Shown here: piece by piece, positions 29,122 through 38,631 of the stretch | Layout of the letters: each line of letters starts with the position of its first letter | Numbering within the stretch: position 1 is the first letter of the stretch | Assembly: GCA_963700635.1 (NCBI GenBank) | Contig: CAVOYH010000003.1 | Coordinates: forward strand, 960,001 to 1,024,000 | Origin: an uncultured Bacteroidota bacterium | GTDB lineage: Bacteria; Bacteroidota; Ignavibacteria; UBA10030; UBA6906 | Reading direction: 5' to 3' | Length of the DNA: 64,000 nt | The notes under the pieces: model-generated | What the model saw: only the letters and a program-made list of their open reading frames with translations | Told to the model about the DNA's origin: nothing | Database searches by the model: none | Translations under genes and position numbers: made by a program

Positions 29122-31443
29122 TTATCGCAGCAGCATCATCTTCTGAACGGCGCGGTACGCCATCTTCCCGTCGACCCCGGTCACGGTAAGGCGGTAGAAA
29201 TAGACTCCACTCGCCACACTCCTGCCCGCATTGTCTTCTGCATTCCACGTTATGGTATTCCGTCCGGCAAGAGCCGGCCCGCTCATCAGAGTGGAAATGT
29301 CCTGCCCGAGCGTGTTGAAGATCGTTACCGTTGCATGCCCCGCAACCGGCATGTCGAACGAAATGGTGGTGCTGGGATTAAACGGATTCGGATAATTCTG
29401 GTTCAGCGAGAAGGATTCCGGCAACGGAATATTCTCAGCTGCACCGGTTGTCGCATCCGGCGACATTGAGAAATCCACATTGTTGACTTCAAACTCGTCC
29501 TGGGGGACGTTTACCGTCTTCCCGGTTGCGGTGTACTCGGGAAGGTCCACCTCAACGGTTGTCAGTCCTGCGGGAATGGCCTCAAGGGCATACGCACCCG
29601 ATTCGTCGGTCAGACCGTAGCCCACCATGGTCTCATTGGAAGTTGACGCCATCACGCGAACACCGGCCAGAGGTTTTGTGCCGGTCATAATTTTTCCGCG
29701 CAGGCGGGCCAGCCCCAGAGACCTGATCGGCACAACGCCGATATTGATGCCCGTGACGTCACCGCTCACAAGTACTTTATCGGCCAGCCTCCAGTGCATC
29801 ACACCAAAGGCACCTTCTTTGTAGAAGGCGGGAGCATACCTGCCGAATGGGACAGCGAGCACGATGTATGTGCCGAGGACGACATCCCCGATCGTGTACA
29901 CGCCGAGGGAATCCGTATGACCAAAACGAATTCCCGGGGGTAAGAGCGAGGGTTGCATCGGGAAGAGGACAATGATCGAAGGTACCTCATTGCCCGCGGC
30001 ATCGCGCACCAGACCGCTGATGGTGTTATGAAGCACCGGGTTTGGTGCGAGCGAAAAGTTGATGCTCTTAATGTCGGTCGGCACCTTGATGATATCGGCT
30101 TTCAGGGGATTGGGTTTGTTGTCGTAATATTCCGGGATGTAGCCCCACTTCGACGCCATGGCGATATACGACCGGCCGGTCAGAACACGGGCTTTGTAAT
30201 ACCCGAGAGAATCGGCGTATCCCTTCCACACAACCCCGCGGCAGAATCCGACGCCTTCCACATCCACACCCTCCTGGTCAGGACCCCTATCCATAAGGGA
30301 ATTTGCACTAAAGGTATTCTGGTCCTGCAGCGAATACATGATCACAACGGTCGCGCGCGGAAGCGGGTCGCCCTCCGTATTCAATACATACCCTTCAATG
30401 GTTGCATAGGTCGGTGGCACCGGTACACCAAGCCCAAAATTTGCCTCGAATACGGTATTCACTTTCACAGGAACAGGAGTAGCCTTGGAAGGATCAGTAA
30501 CATTGTCGTACCACTCGTGCACGAGGGAGACCGGACCCATCCCCAGGTGTTCGGTCTTTACGTAGTACACGCCCGTATCCAGGACCATCGTATAGATACC
30601 CATTGAATCGGTCACGGCAACGGGCTGCCAGTTGATGGTCACCGGCCCCTTCTTGAAGAATCGGATCAAGATGCCGGGGATGGGACGCTGGGTGTCGTCG
30701 CGGATCACTTTTCCCGTGATCGTCCCTTTTGGTATCGGGGGGAGCAGCACGCGACTCAGGCCGAAATCTGCCTCCGTCGTCGCATTATGATACACAGGCA
30801 CAAGATCTGCTGAAGCCCGGTCCGGTTTGTCGTCATACCACTCGGCAGCATACGGAGGTGGTCCGGGCGGCATCCATGGAGCAGGTTCAGCTTTAAGCTT
30901 GTAGGCTCCGGTATCAAGTTTGACGGCATACTTGCCCTGGATGTCCGTGATGGCCGACGGGAGTGCAACCGTGACAGCTGCGCGCATCGGTGAGAAAAGA
31001 ATGCGCACCCCCGGAATCGGCTTGCCCGTGGAATCGTCAGTGACGGTTCCGGCGATAATACCGATGGGACGGTTCGGTGTGTCGCCGATTCGCACTCTGG
31101 CAATGTTGCTTGGGTCACTTTCGATGATACGGTTGCTGGAACCCATCACCACCGAGGTGACGTAGTAGAAATAGACGTGTCCAGCACCCACCATGTGATC
31201 AAAATAGACCGTGGTATTCACCATGGCCAGTTTCTGGAAATGGAGTGAATCATCAACCGACCGGTAGACGATATATCCCCAGAGTCCTGGAGGGGCATTC
31301 CACCCGAGTTTTACAACAGGAACGGCATCCGGACCGAGTTGCGCGGTAAGATCCGTCGGAACGGGGGGAACCGTACCTTGTGCCCACATCCCCGTCACAG
31401 CCAGCAGGCAGAGTGCAATCACGATGAAGAGAAAGTGTTTCAT
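29122..31443 (-). CDS. T9SS-secreted protein: FN3-like + multiple carboxypeptidase-regulatory-like repeats
   Basis: Signal peptide MKHFLFIV..WAQ, repeated G-I-G-V..D..PIPG..LDTG-Y..EWYD, LNQNYPNPFNPSTTI tail and SD GGAGGA. Confidence 0.82.
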   Translation of the reverse strand: MKHFLFIVIALCLLAVTGMWAQGTVPPVPTDLTAQLGPDAVPVVKLGWNAPPGLWGYIVYRSVDDSLHFQKLAMVNTTVYFDHMVGAGHVYFYYVTSVVMGSSNRIIESDPSNIARVRIGDTPNRPIGIIAGTVTDDSTGKPIPGVRILFSPMRAAVTVALPSAITDIQGKYAVKLDTGAYKLKAEPAPWMPPGPPPYAAEWYDDKPDRASADLVPVYHNATTEADFGLSRVLLPPIPKGTITGKVIRDDTQRPIPGILIRFFKKGPVTINWQPVAVTDSMGIYTMVLDTGVYYVKTEHLGMGPVSLVHEWYDNVTDPSKATPVPVKVNTVFEANFGLGVPVPPTYATIEGYVLNTEGDPLPRATVVIMYSLQDQNTFSANSLMDRGPDQEGVDVEGVGFCRGVVWKGYADSLGYYKARVLTGRSYIAMASKWGYIPEYYDNKPNPLKADIIKVPTDIKSINFSLAPNPVLHNTISGLVRDAAGNEVPSIIVLFPMQPSLLPPGIRFGHTDSLGVYTIGDVVLGTYIVLAVPFGRYAPAFYKEGAFGVMHWRLADKVLVSGDVTGINIGVVPIRSLGLARLRGKIMTGTKPLAGVRVMASTSNETMVGYGLTDESGAYALEAIPAGLTTVEVDLPEYTATGKTVNVPQDEFEVNNVDFSMSPDATTGAAENIPLPESFSLNQNYPNPFNPSTTISFDMPVAGHATVTIFNTLGQDISTLMSGPALAGRNTITWNAEDNAGRSVASGVYFYRLTVTGVDGKMAYRAVQKMMLLR

Positions 31444-31481
31444 ATCGTCCTCCAGGTAAGTGCCAACCTTTTCTTAAGGAC

Positions 31482-31528
31482 AAGATAGCCCGGGTGGCGG
31501 GGAAAGACAATACCATGAATATGGTATT
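31482..31528 (-). promoter_or_regulatory. sigma70 promoter (TTGTCT-N17-TATCTT) with abutting palindrome AATACCAT-N4-ATGGTATT (candidate NarL-family operator)
   Basis: -10 at 31482-31487, -35 at 31505-31510. Perfect 8-bp inverted repeat at 31509-31528 with a TACCATG-AA-TATGGTA 7-2-7 core. Confidence 0.6.
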
Positions 31529-31620
31529 TGATATCGGTCAAAAATTGCAGATTTCGGTTGTTTTCTGTGTTCTATGGGGCTTCGCGCGGGAGAGGTTTGC
31601 CTGCCTTCACAATCTCCACC

Positions 31621-32280
31621 TCACCCGAACAGCTTGTTCTTCAGTGCCTTTGACACAGCGGCAGATTTTGAATGTACCTGGAGTTTCTCGTAGACCTTCT
31701 TGATGTGCGATTGTACGGTGAGCGGACTGATAAAGAGCTTTTCTGCTATCTTCTTGTAGCTCAGACCCTCCACGAGCCACTGCAGGATGTCCATCTCCCG
31801 GGGGGTAAGGTTCCACTCATCGGCAGGCTTTGCTTCTTTGCCCCGCATCATTTCAAGGAGACGCCGGGCGATGGAAGCACTCATCGGGGCACCGATCCGG
31901 ATTTCCCGGATGGCACGGATAAGCTCATCGGACTCTACGTTCTTGAGCACATACCCCGAGGCCCCCGCCAGGATGGACTGGAATATTTTTTCGTCGTCAT
32001 CGTAGACGGTGTGCATCAGGACGTCGATATGCTCATATCGAGTTTTGATCGCTTTTACTCCTTCAATGCCGGACATGCCGGGCAGTCCGATATCCATGAG
32101 AATCACATCGGGAAGCGTATCGGACACATTTTCAAGCAGGGCCTCACATGAACCGTACGAGCCGATACAGGTTAACCCGCTGGAGGCGTTGATGAGGTCC
32201 ACCACCGTCTCCCGGATCCGTTTCCGGTCCTCGACCACGACCACGGTCGTTACGGTGTTGTTACGTTCTTGCGTACCCAC
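31621..32280 (-). CDS. NarL/LuxR-family response regulator
   Basis: Receiver domain (VVVED, LMDIGLPG, GASGYVLK) plus LTPREMDIL..GLSYKKIAEKLFIS HTH. Confidence 0.95.
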   Translation of the reverse strand: MGTQERNNTVTTVVVVEDRKRIRETVVDLINASSGLTCIGSYGSCEALLENVSDTLPDVILMDIGLPGMSGIEGVKAIKTRYEHIDVLMHTVYDDDEKIFQSILAGASGYVLKNVESDELIRAIREIRIGAPMSASIARRLLEMMRGKEAKPADEWNLTPREMDILQWLVEGLSYKKIAEKLFISPLTVQSHIKKVYEKLQVHSKSAAVSKALKNKLFG

Positions 32281-32310
32281 ACTGCCTCCTTCTTACGCAT
32301 GTGTTTCCCG

Positions 32311-35300
32311 TTACGGAATTGTCGCACGCAACGTCACGGTTGTTCCCACCCCGGGTGCCGAGGCGATGGTCAGCTCTCCGCCCAGAGAGTGCGCCCGCTG
32401 TCGCATGTTGAGAAGCCCATTTCCCTGGCCACCTTCGCGGGGATCAAAGCCGATGCCGTCATCGGCGACTGTCATGACCAGCATCCGGGCTTCGCGGTTG
32501 AGGGTGAGGACTACACGATGAGGCCGGGCATGGCGGAGAATATTATTGAGCGCTTCCTTGTAGATCAGGAAGAACCGTCTCCGGAAGTTGAGGGGAAGCC
32601 GGAGTGACGAAAGCGCAGCCGGAATGTTGATATCGTAGTTGATACCTTTTGCCTCCAGCATCTTCGTCGCATGCACTTTCATGCGCAGAAGGAGGAATTC
32701 GAACGAATCGTTTTTGGGATCGATCGACCAGACGATATCGTTCATGGCATCGATCAACGAACGTGAGGTGGACCCGATTTCGGTGAGGAGGGATGATACC
32801 TTTTCCCGTTCATCGCCTGACATCGTCAGCGGGTTCTTCTTCCGGCGGAGTTCACGCAATCCGACATCGCTGTAGAGCGCGATTTCTGTGAGCGATGAAC
32901 CGATATCGTCGTGGAGGTCCGTGGCAATGGAAGTCCGGATACGCTCAATTTCCAGCAGCTTGTTGACCCGGTACCGGTACATCAAAAACAGGATGCCGGC
33001 AATCGCCGCGGCAACGAGTATTCTGAACCACCAGGTCCGCCAGTAGGGCGGCACGATGGTGATCGCAAGCGTTGTTCCCTCATCATTCCAGACACCATCG
33101 TTATTTGAGGCGCGCACCCTGAGCGTGTACCTGCCGGGATCGAGATTTGTATAGCTGACATACCGTCGTGTGCCTGCCTCGATCCAATGCTCGTCCAACC
33201 CTTCGAGTTTGTACGCGTACTGATTCTTTCCCGGCGAAGTGTAATTGAGGGCGACAAATTCGAACGACAGGGAGTTACGGTCGTGGGGAAGCTCGATGTC
33301 ACGTATGGTACTCAGCGCACGGGGGAGAGGGAACGTGCGATCGAAGACTCTGAAGCTGGTCAGGTAGACGGGCGGGACAACCAGATTGTCTGAGATACTG
33401 TCGGGGTAGAACGCGTTAAAACCGTTAATGCCTCCCAGGAAGAACTCCCCCCTGTTGCTGCGGAAGTGCGCGCCTTGATTAAATTCATTGCCCTGGAGTC
33501 CGTCCGACACGTCGAACACGCGCACGGCGCCGCTTGAGGGAGTGTACCGTGCGAGGCCTTTGTTGGTGGGGAGCCAGAGATTTCCGTGTGCATCGGGCAG
33601 AATGCCGTAGATAACATCATTGGGAAGGCCGTTTGTTTCGGTGATGTGCTGCCAGGAGTTGCCGGTCCGGTCATACCGATTCAGGCCGCCGCCGTACGTT
33701 CCGATCCAGAGTACGCCCGCGCTGTCTTCGTACAATGAAATGACCGTACTGTTATTGATGCCGTTTGTCTGCCCGGAAACAAACATGTGGCGCTGTATCG
33801 ATCCATCCACCGGATTCAAGCGTGCAAGTCCACCGCCGTACATTCCTATCCAGATCATTCCGGCGCGATCTTCGAGCAACGCGAGGATCGACCCGGCCGG
33901 GAGAGCGTTGGGGTTCCTTTCGTCCGGCGGAAAATGAGTGATACGTCCGGTGGCCGGGTTCGAGCCGGTCGAACCCCGATCCGTTGGTGCCGATGCAGAG
34001 GATACCATTCCGGTCTTCGAGAAGGAGTGTGACTTCATCCTGGGAAATCGAACCGGGATTCCGGGGGTCGTGACGATAGTGTAAAAAGGTTCCGGTGGAT
34101 CGGTCCAGCCGATTTAGTCCGCCCCCTTCGGTGCCGATCCAGAGTTCGCCCGACCGGGTTTCGCACAGAGCGAGAATGTTGTTGTGGCTGATCCCTTCCG
34201 GACGTCCGGGGTCGTGCACAAATTGGGTGAACATCCCTGCCGCACGGTCAAACCGGTTCAGACCGTTGCCGTAGGTCCCGATCCAGATATCTCCCTGCCG
34301 GTCTTCGAGGAGAGCCCACACATCGTTTCCGGTCAGATCGTTGGAACGGCGTTGTTGAGAGCGATAATGGGTGAACCGGTTTTTTAGCCGGTCATAGCGG
34401 TTCACGCCTCCTGCTCCTGTACCGATCCACATGGCACCTGCCTGATCTTCGTACAGCGAACAGATGATGTTGTTGTTGAGGGAATACAACGCTGCGGCGT
34501 CGTGGGTGAATCGTTGCACCGTACCGGTTGCGGGATCAAGAAGGTTTAACCCTGCATCGCCGGTCCCTACCCACATCTTGCCGGCGGGACCTTCATGCAG
34601 CGACAGAATCAAATTGCTGCTCACCGAACGGGGGGTGTCAGGAGAGTACGCATAATGGCGGATTGTTCCGTTGTCCGGATCAAGACAATCGAGTCCATTC
34701 CCCCAGGTACCGATCCAGACACGCTGGCGGCGGTCAATGAGTAATGTCCTGATGTTATCTCCTGCCGGGGTGAGGGCGCCCCGGGAACCATGATGATAGC
34801 GGAAAAAAGAGCCGGCGGGAGTTCGGGATCCCGTCGCAGGCCCGGATTCCGGGGGAACAAATCTGCACACTCCTCCCCAGGTCGCAATCCAGAGCCTTCC
34901 CCGGTTATCCTCATCAATTGCCCAGATGGTGTTGTCGGCGATGGACGTTGAATCCAGGGGATCATGCTCGTAGCGCAGGAATTCTCCCGTTTGCGGGTCA
35001 AAGCGGTTGAGTCCCCTGGTGAGAGTCCCGGCCCAGAGAATACCGCGGGAGTCCTGAAAGACGGATGTAACATTATCTTCACTGATACTTGTGGGGGTGT
35101 CGGGATCATGCCGGTAGTGCGTAAACGTACCTTGTTCGATATTGTACCGGCTCAACCCCCCGCGCATTGTTCCGATCCATACATCCCCATCTGCATCGCG
35201 GCACAGAGCCCAGATACCATTGTCGGACACGGTCAGGGAGTCACTGCTGGTGTGTTTGAAGATGGTGAGCGTATAGCCGTCGTACTTGTTCAGCCCGTCC

Positions 35301-35479
35301 TGCGTGCCGAACCAGAGGAATCCCTGGCCGTCCTGAACGATTGCATTCACTGTGGATTGTGAGAGTCCCTGCTCAAGCGAGATATGATCGAACTTTACTG
35401 CGCCGGTCTGGGCGCTCACCGTGCTGGCGAACCCCAAAAGCGTGAGAAAAGCGAGGCAATATGGCTGGATGTGTGGCAC
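32311..35479 (-). CDS. Sensor histidine kinase (Reg_prop beta-propellers, Y_Y_Y, TM, HisKA_3/HATPase), frameshifted near 33960
   Basis: Repeated LWIGT..GGL.R blades across ORFs 33752..35479 and 32311..34038, then YAYKLEG (Y_Y_Y), IATDLHDDIGSSLT, DDGIGF and GNGLLNMRQR. One extra base at 33959-33961 separates the two frames. Confidence 0.88.
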
Positions 35480-35484
35480 GAGGG

Positions 35485-35513
35485 ATTGTACTGAGGATTT
35501 GGGAGATTAACAA
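35485..35513 (-). promoter_or_regulatory. sigma70 promoter of the sensor kinase (TTGTTA-N17-TACAAT), probably leaderless
   Basis: -35 at 35508-35513, -10 at 35485-35490, with 5 nt between the -10 and the GTG start at 35479. Confidence 0.5.
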
Positions 35514-35529
35514 GCGGGTGGCTTGCCAG

Positions 35530-35558
35530 TTGACTCTCGCTCCGCGAGACAGTACATT
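35530..35558 (+). promoter_or_regulatory. sigma70 promoter of the Ser/Thr kinase (TTGACT-N17-TACATT) with spacer palindrome TCTCGC-TCC-GCGAGA
   Basis: Near-consensus hexamers at 17-nt spacing. Inverted repeat at 35535-35549. Confidence 0.6.
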
Positions 35559-35617
35559 ACCGCCGTACTCTCAGGCTACTGTGCCGAATGTTTCATCCAC
35601 GCGCGTGGATACTTCGC

Positions 35618-37915
35618 ATGATAGGCCGTGTTGTTTCCCACTATAAGATTCTCGAGCATCTGGGCGGCGGGGGGATGGGGGTGATCTACAAAGCCGAAGA
35701 CCTCCGCCTCAAGCGTACTGTAGCCCTCAAATTCCTTCCTGACGAATTTTCGACCGACTCCAAGGCAGCAGCGCGCCTCATCCGAGAAGCACAGGCTACT
35801 TCTGCGCTGCAGCATGAAAACATCTGTGTTGTTCACGACATTGACCGGTCGGAGGATGGCCGTTTGTTCATCTGTATGGATTTCTATGACGGCGAGACGT
35901 TGAAGAAGAAGATCTCCAGGGGAACACTTCCATTTGATGAGGTCCTTTCCTACGTCAGGCAGATTGCCCGCGGACTGTCGAAGGCGCATGCGGCGGAGAT
36001 TATCCATCGTGACCTCAAACCGGACAACATCATGGTGACTTCCGACGGTGTGGTCAAGATCGTGGATTTTGGAATCGCAAAACTCTTGAGACAGACCCGT
36101 ATTACACAGGATGGTCCGACACTCGGAACCATCGCGTACATGCCACCGGAACAGGTCCGGGGTGAGGATGTGGACCTGCGGGCGGACGTCTGGTCTCTCG
36201 GTGTTGTGCTCTTCGAAATGCTCACCCAGAAGCTCCCGTTCCGCGGCGATTCTGTGGCAGCAATGACATACACGATCACGAACGAACCGCCGTTTGATGT
36301 CGGTGATTTCAGGAAAGACGTCCCGGAAGTTTTCCGGCGGCTTTGCAGGGAATGTCTTTCGAAGGCACGGGGTCACCGACCGGGGAGCATGGAAAAGATT
36401 CTTACAATTCTTGGAGAGAGCGCTCCTGCGGTCAAACGGTTCAACCTTCTCCGTCGAGTCCGCACTTCACGCCGGTGGTCGATCGGGGTTGGGGCAGCCC
36501 TCGCGGGGATTCTTGCGGTCGTGTTGACGGTGCAGCAGCTCGGGGAGTCGCCGGTGAGAGAGAACGTGCCGGCATCATTCGGCATTCTTGAGTTTACAAA
36601 CCAGACCGGCGATCCTCACGTGCGATTGTGGCCGCAGGTCATCCAGGCCCTTTTTTTCCAGGGGCTTGCCGGTACCGATGGGATGGCTGTGCTTGACCCC
36701 GCCTCCTTCAACAGGATTCTGGAGAGCTCCTTCGGTCCGGGCAAACCGGCAGAAGCCAGAACGGTGTATGCACTGGCAAGAGGGTCTGCAGCACAATTTA
36801 TAATTGATGGATCCATCGTCAGCACCCCGCTTCTTTACCGCCTCCATATGAGAATTATCAGACTGCAATCGGAGGAAGTTCTCTACGCGGGGGCAGCATG
36901 GGTGAATGACCGTGATGACCTCGAGAGCAGTGTAGACAGTCTCTGCCAGCAGGTGGTTGATTTTGTGAGACTTCAGGTGTTGTCGCCGGGAGAGCGTCAG
37001 GATCTCAAACCATGGCTCCCGCCCCGGAGGCAAAACCTTGCATCCTTAAACGCTTTTCTCACCGCAACGGACTTCAAATACAGGGGGGATACAAACGCGA
37101 CACGGTACCTCCGCGAAGCGATTACGCTGGATTCAACGTTCATTTCTCCGCGGGTCTGGTTGATCTCCGACCTGTTACAAAGTGGTCACAGAGAGGAAGC
37201 AGAGCATCATGCACACTATCTTGCCGGATTAAGCAAATCCGTGCGACCATTTGACCAGGCGATGATCCAGTGGGCTGAGGCTTGTGTTGCGGGCGACACC
37301 TCGGCGCAGATCACGCACCTGCGCACCGCACTTGGTTTCTCTCCCGGCAACAACATCCTGCTCTACAATCTTGCGCGGTTGATCTATGCCCGGGGTGACT
37401 ATGCAGGAGTGATTCAGATGCTCCGCCCGGCTTCCGAGGTGCGGTGGCCCTATTCCCGGATGTACTTTCTGCTCGGCGCCAGCTACATCCAGCTTAATGA
37501 TCAGCAGAAGGCGCGGGAAATTCTGGAATCGTCATTTGTGATGACGCCGGTGTTTCCGGAGATTTATCGGCTCCTCGTCCTGCTTTACGATTCCTCCGGG
37601 GATACCACCATGGCCAACCGTTACCAGCGGACATTTGTCACGCGCGAGCAGGAACGAGGAATTTCCCGGAGCACCAGCCTTGTTTCTCTTGCCCGATCAA
37701 GCACGAGCTGGGGATTGTATGCTGAAGCGCGCGGCAGATACATGGCCGCCATGGAACTCTCGCCGGAATCATTAACCTACAGAAGGGAACTGGCTGACAT
37801 GCTGGTGCTTGCCGGTGATACTCTACAGGCAGTACACGAATATCTGGAGGTGCGACGCCTGGACTCTGCCAGAGCGGCCGGGGTGCAAGAACGCCTTCAG
37901 AGACTTCGGCGATAA
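35618..37915 (+). CDS. Hanks-type Ser/Thr protein kinase + TM + TPR-rich C-terminal region
   Basis: [35 protein letters not shown] and DVWSLG, then a TM segment and TPR-like helices. Start MIGRVVSHY. Confidence 0.92.
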   Translation: MIGRVVSHYKILEHLGGGGMGVIYKAEDLRLKRTVALKFLPDEFSTDSKAAARLIREAQATSALQHENICVVHDIDRSEDGRLFICMDFYDGETLKKKISRGTLPFDEVLSYVRQIARGLSKAHAAEIIHRDLKPDNIMVTSDGVVKIVDFGIAKLLRQTRITQDGPTLGTIAYMPPEQVRGEDVDLRADVWSLGVVLFEMLTQKLPFRGDSVAAMTYTITNEPPFDVGDFRKDVPEVFRRLCRECLSKARGHRPGSMEKILTILGESAPAVKRFNLLRRVRTSRRWSIGVGAALAGILAVVLTVQQLGESPVRENVPASFGILEFTNQTGDPHVRLWPQVIQALFFQGLAGTDGMAVLDPASFNRILESSFGPGKPAEARTVYALARGSAAQFIIDGSIVSTPLLYRLHMRIIRLQSEEVLYAGAAWVNDRDDLESSVDSLCQQVVDFVRLQVLSPGERQDLKPWLPPRRQNLASLNAFLTATDFKYRGDTNATRYLREAITLDSTFISPRVWLISDLLQSGHREEAEHHAHYLAGLSKSVRPFDQAMIQWAEACVAGDTSAQITHLRTALGFSPGNNILLYNLARLIYARGDYAGVIQMLRPASEVRWPYSRMYFLLGASYIQLNDQQKAREILESSFVMTPVFPEIYRLLVLLYDSSGDTTMANRYQRTFVTREQERGISRSTSLVSLARSSTSWGLYAEARGRYMAAMELSPESLTYRRELADMLVLAGDTLQAVHEYLEVRRLDSARAAGVQERLQRLRR

Positions 37916-37952
37916 ACAAAACATCACACAGTCTAACGGAAAGGACTACCAT

Positions 37953-38465
37953 ATGGAAGCAACAGTGAATGAAGTGCTGTGGCTCGCATACAGGAACAAG
38001 GAATTCCTGGAAGAACTCCTGGCGAGTCCTGAAAGAGCCGTGAGAGGAAAAGAGATACAACTCACTGCCACCCAGCTGGAAGAGCTCAAGACCCTGCTGG
38101 ATGGGCGCGTGGTGATGGACGGACGGCAAATTTTGAGGATAATAAACGCTGTACTCACGGCAGCGGGAATATCAATGGCACCAGCTCTGGGACCCAGACC
38201 GCTACCGCCTCCGCCCCCGCCTCCACCTCCGCCGTGGAATCCGGATCCTCCTCTGCTACCTGATCCGCCGTGGAGTCAGGGTTCATCCCTGATGCCTACT
38301 CCGTCCGTTCGCCGAAAAAAAACGGTGGTCCGGAGATCTTCAAAACCCGTCCGGCGCACAAAAGCGGCGGTTCGGAAAGCTCCAAAACCCGTACGCCGGG
38401 CAAAAAGAATAGTCCGGAGAACATCGAAAACGGTCAGGAGAAAGTTACCGAAGCGGAGGAAATAA
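37953..38465 (+). CDS. Small protein: NHLP/Os1348-like N-terminal helices, poly-Pro linker, seven basic VR(R/K)xxxx heptads (histone H1/Hc2-like tail)
   Basis: SD GGAAAGGA before ATG 37953, a run of 10 Pro, and heptads VRRKKTV VRRSSKP VRRTKAA VRKAPKP VRRAKRI VRRTSKT VRRKLPK. Confidence 0.72.
   Translation: MEATVNEVLWLAYRNKEFLEELLASPERAVRGKEIQLTATQLEELKTLLDGRVVMDGRQILRIINAVLTAAGISMAPALGPRPLPPPPPPPPPPWNPDPPLLPDPPWSQGSSLMPTPSVRRKKTVVRRSSKPVRRTKAAVRKAPKPVRRAKRIVRRTSKTVRRKLPKRRK
38307..38453 (+). repeat. Seven degenerate 21-bp coding repeats (VR(R/K)xxxx heptads)
   Basis: A Val-Arg-(Arg/Lys) codon triplet recurs with exact 21-nt period. Confidence 0.8.
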
Positions 38466-38631
38466 GAGAGGAAAACGACCACGTCACCTCGTTGCAGAAG
38501 TTTACATGCACCCCGGGGAGCGAGGGGTCCCTGAACCGACCCCCTCTTCAGCTCCACCGGAGGAATGATGGTCGGCACATTGGCTTCCCACTACAGAATC
38601 CTCAATCACCCCGGCGAGGGAGGTATGTCTT

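Noticed and set aside
38307-38453. Possible CRISPR-like periodic repeats here and at 52179-52268
   Set aside because: Periods are 21 and 15 nt, in frame within coding sequence, with no unique spacers and no cas genes.
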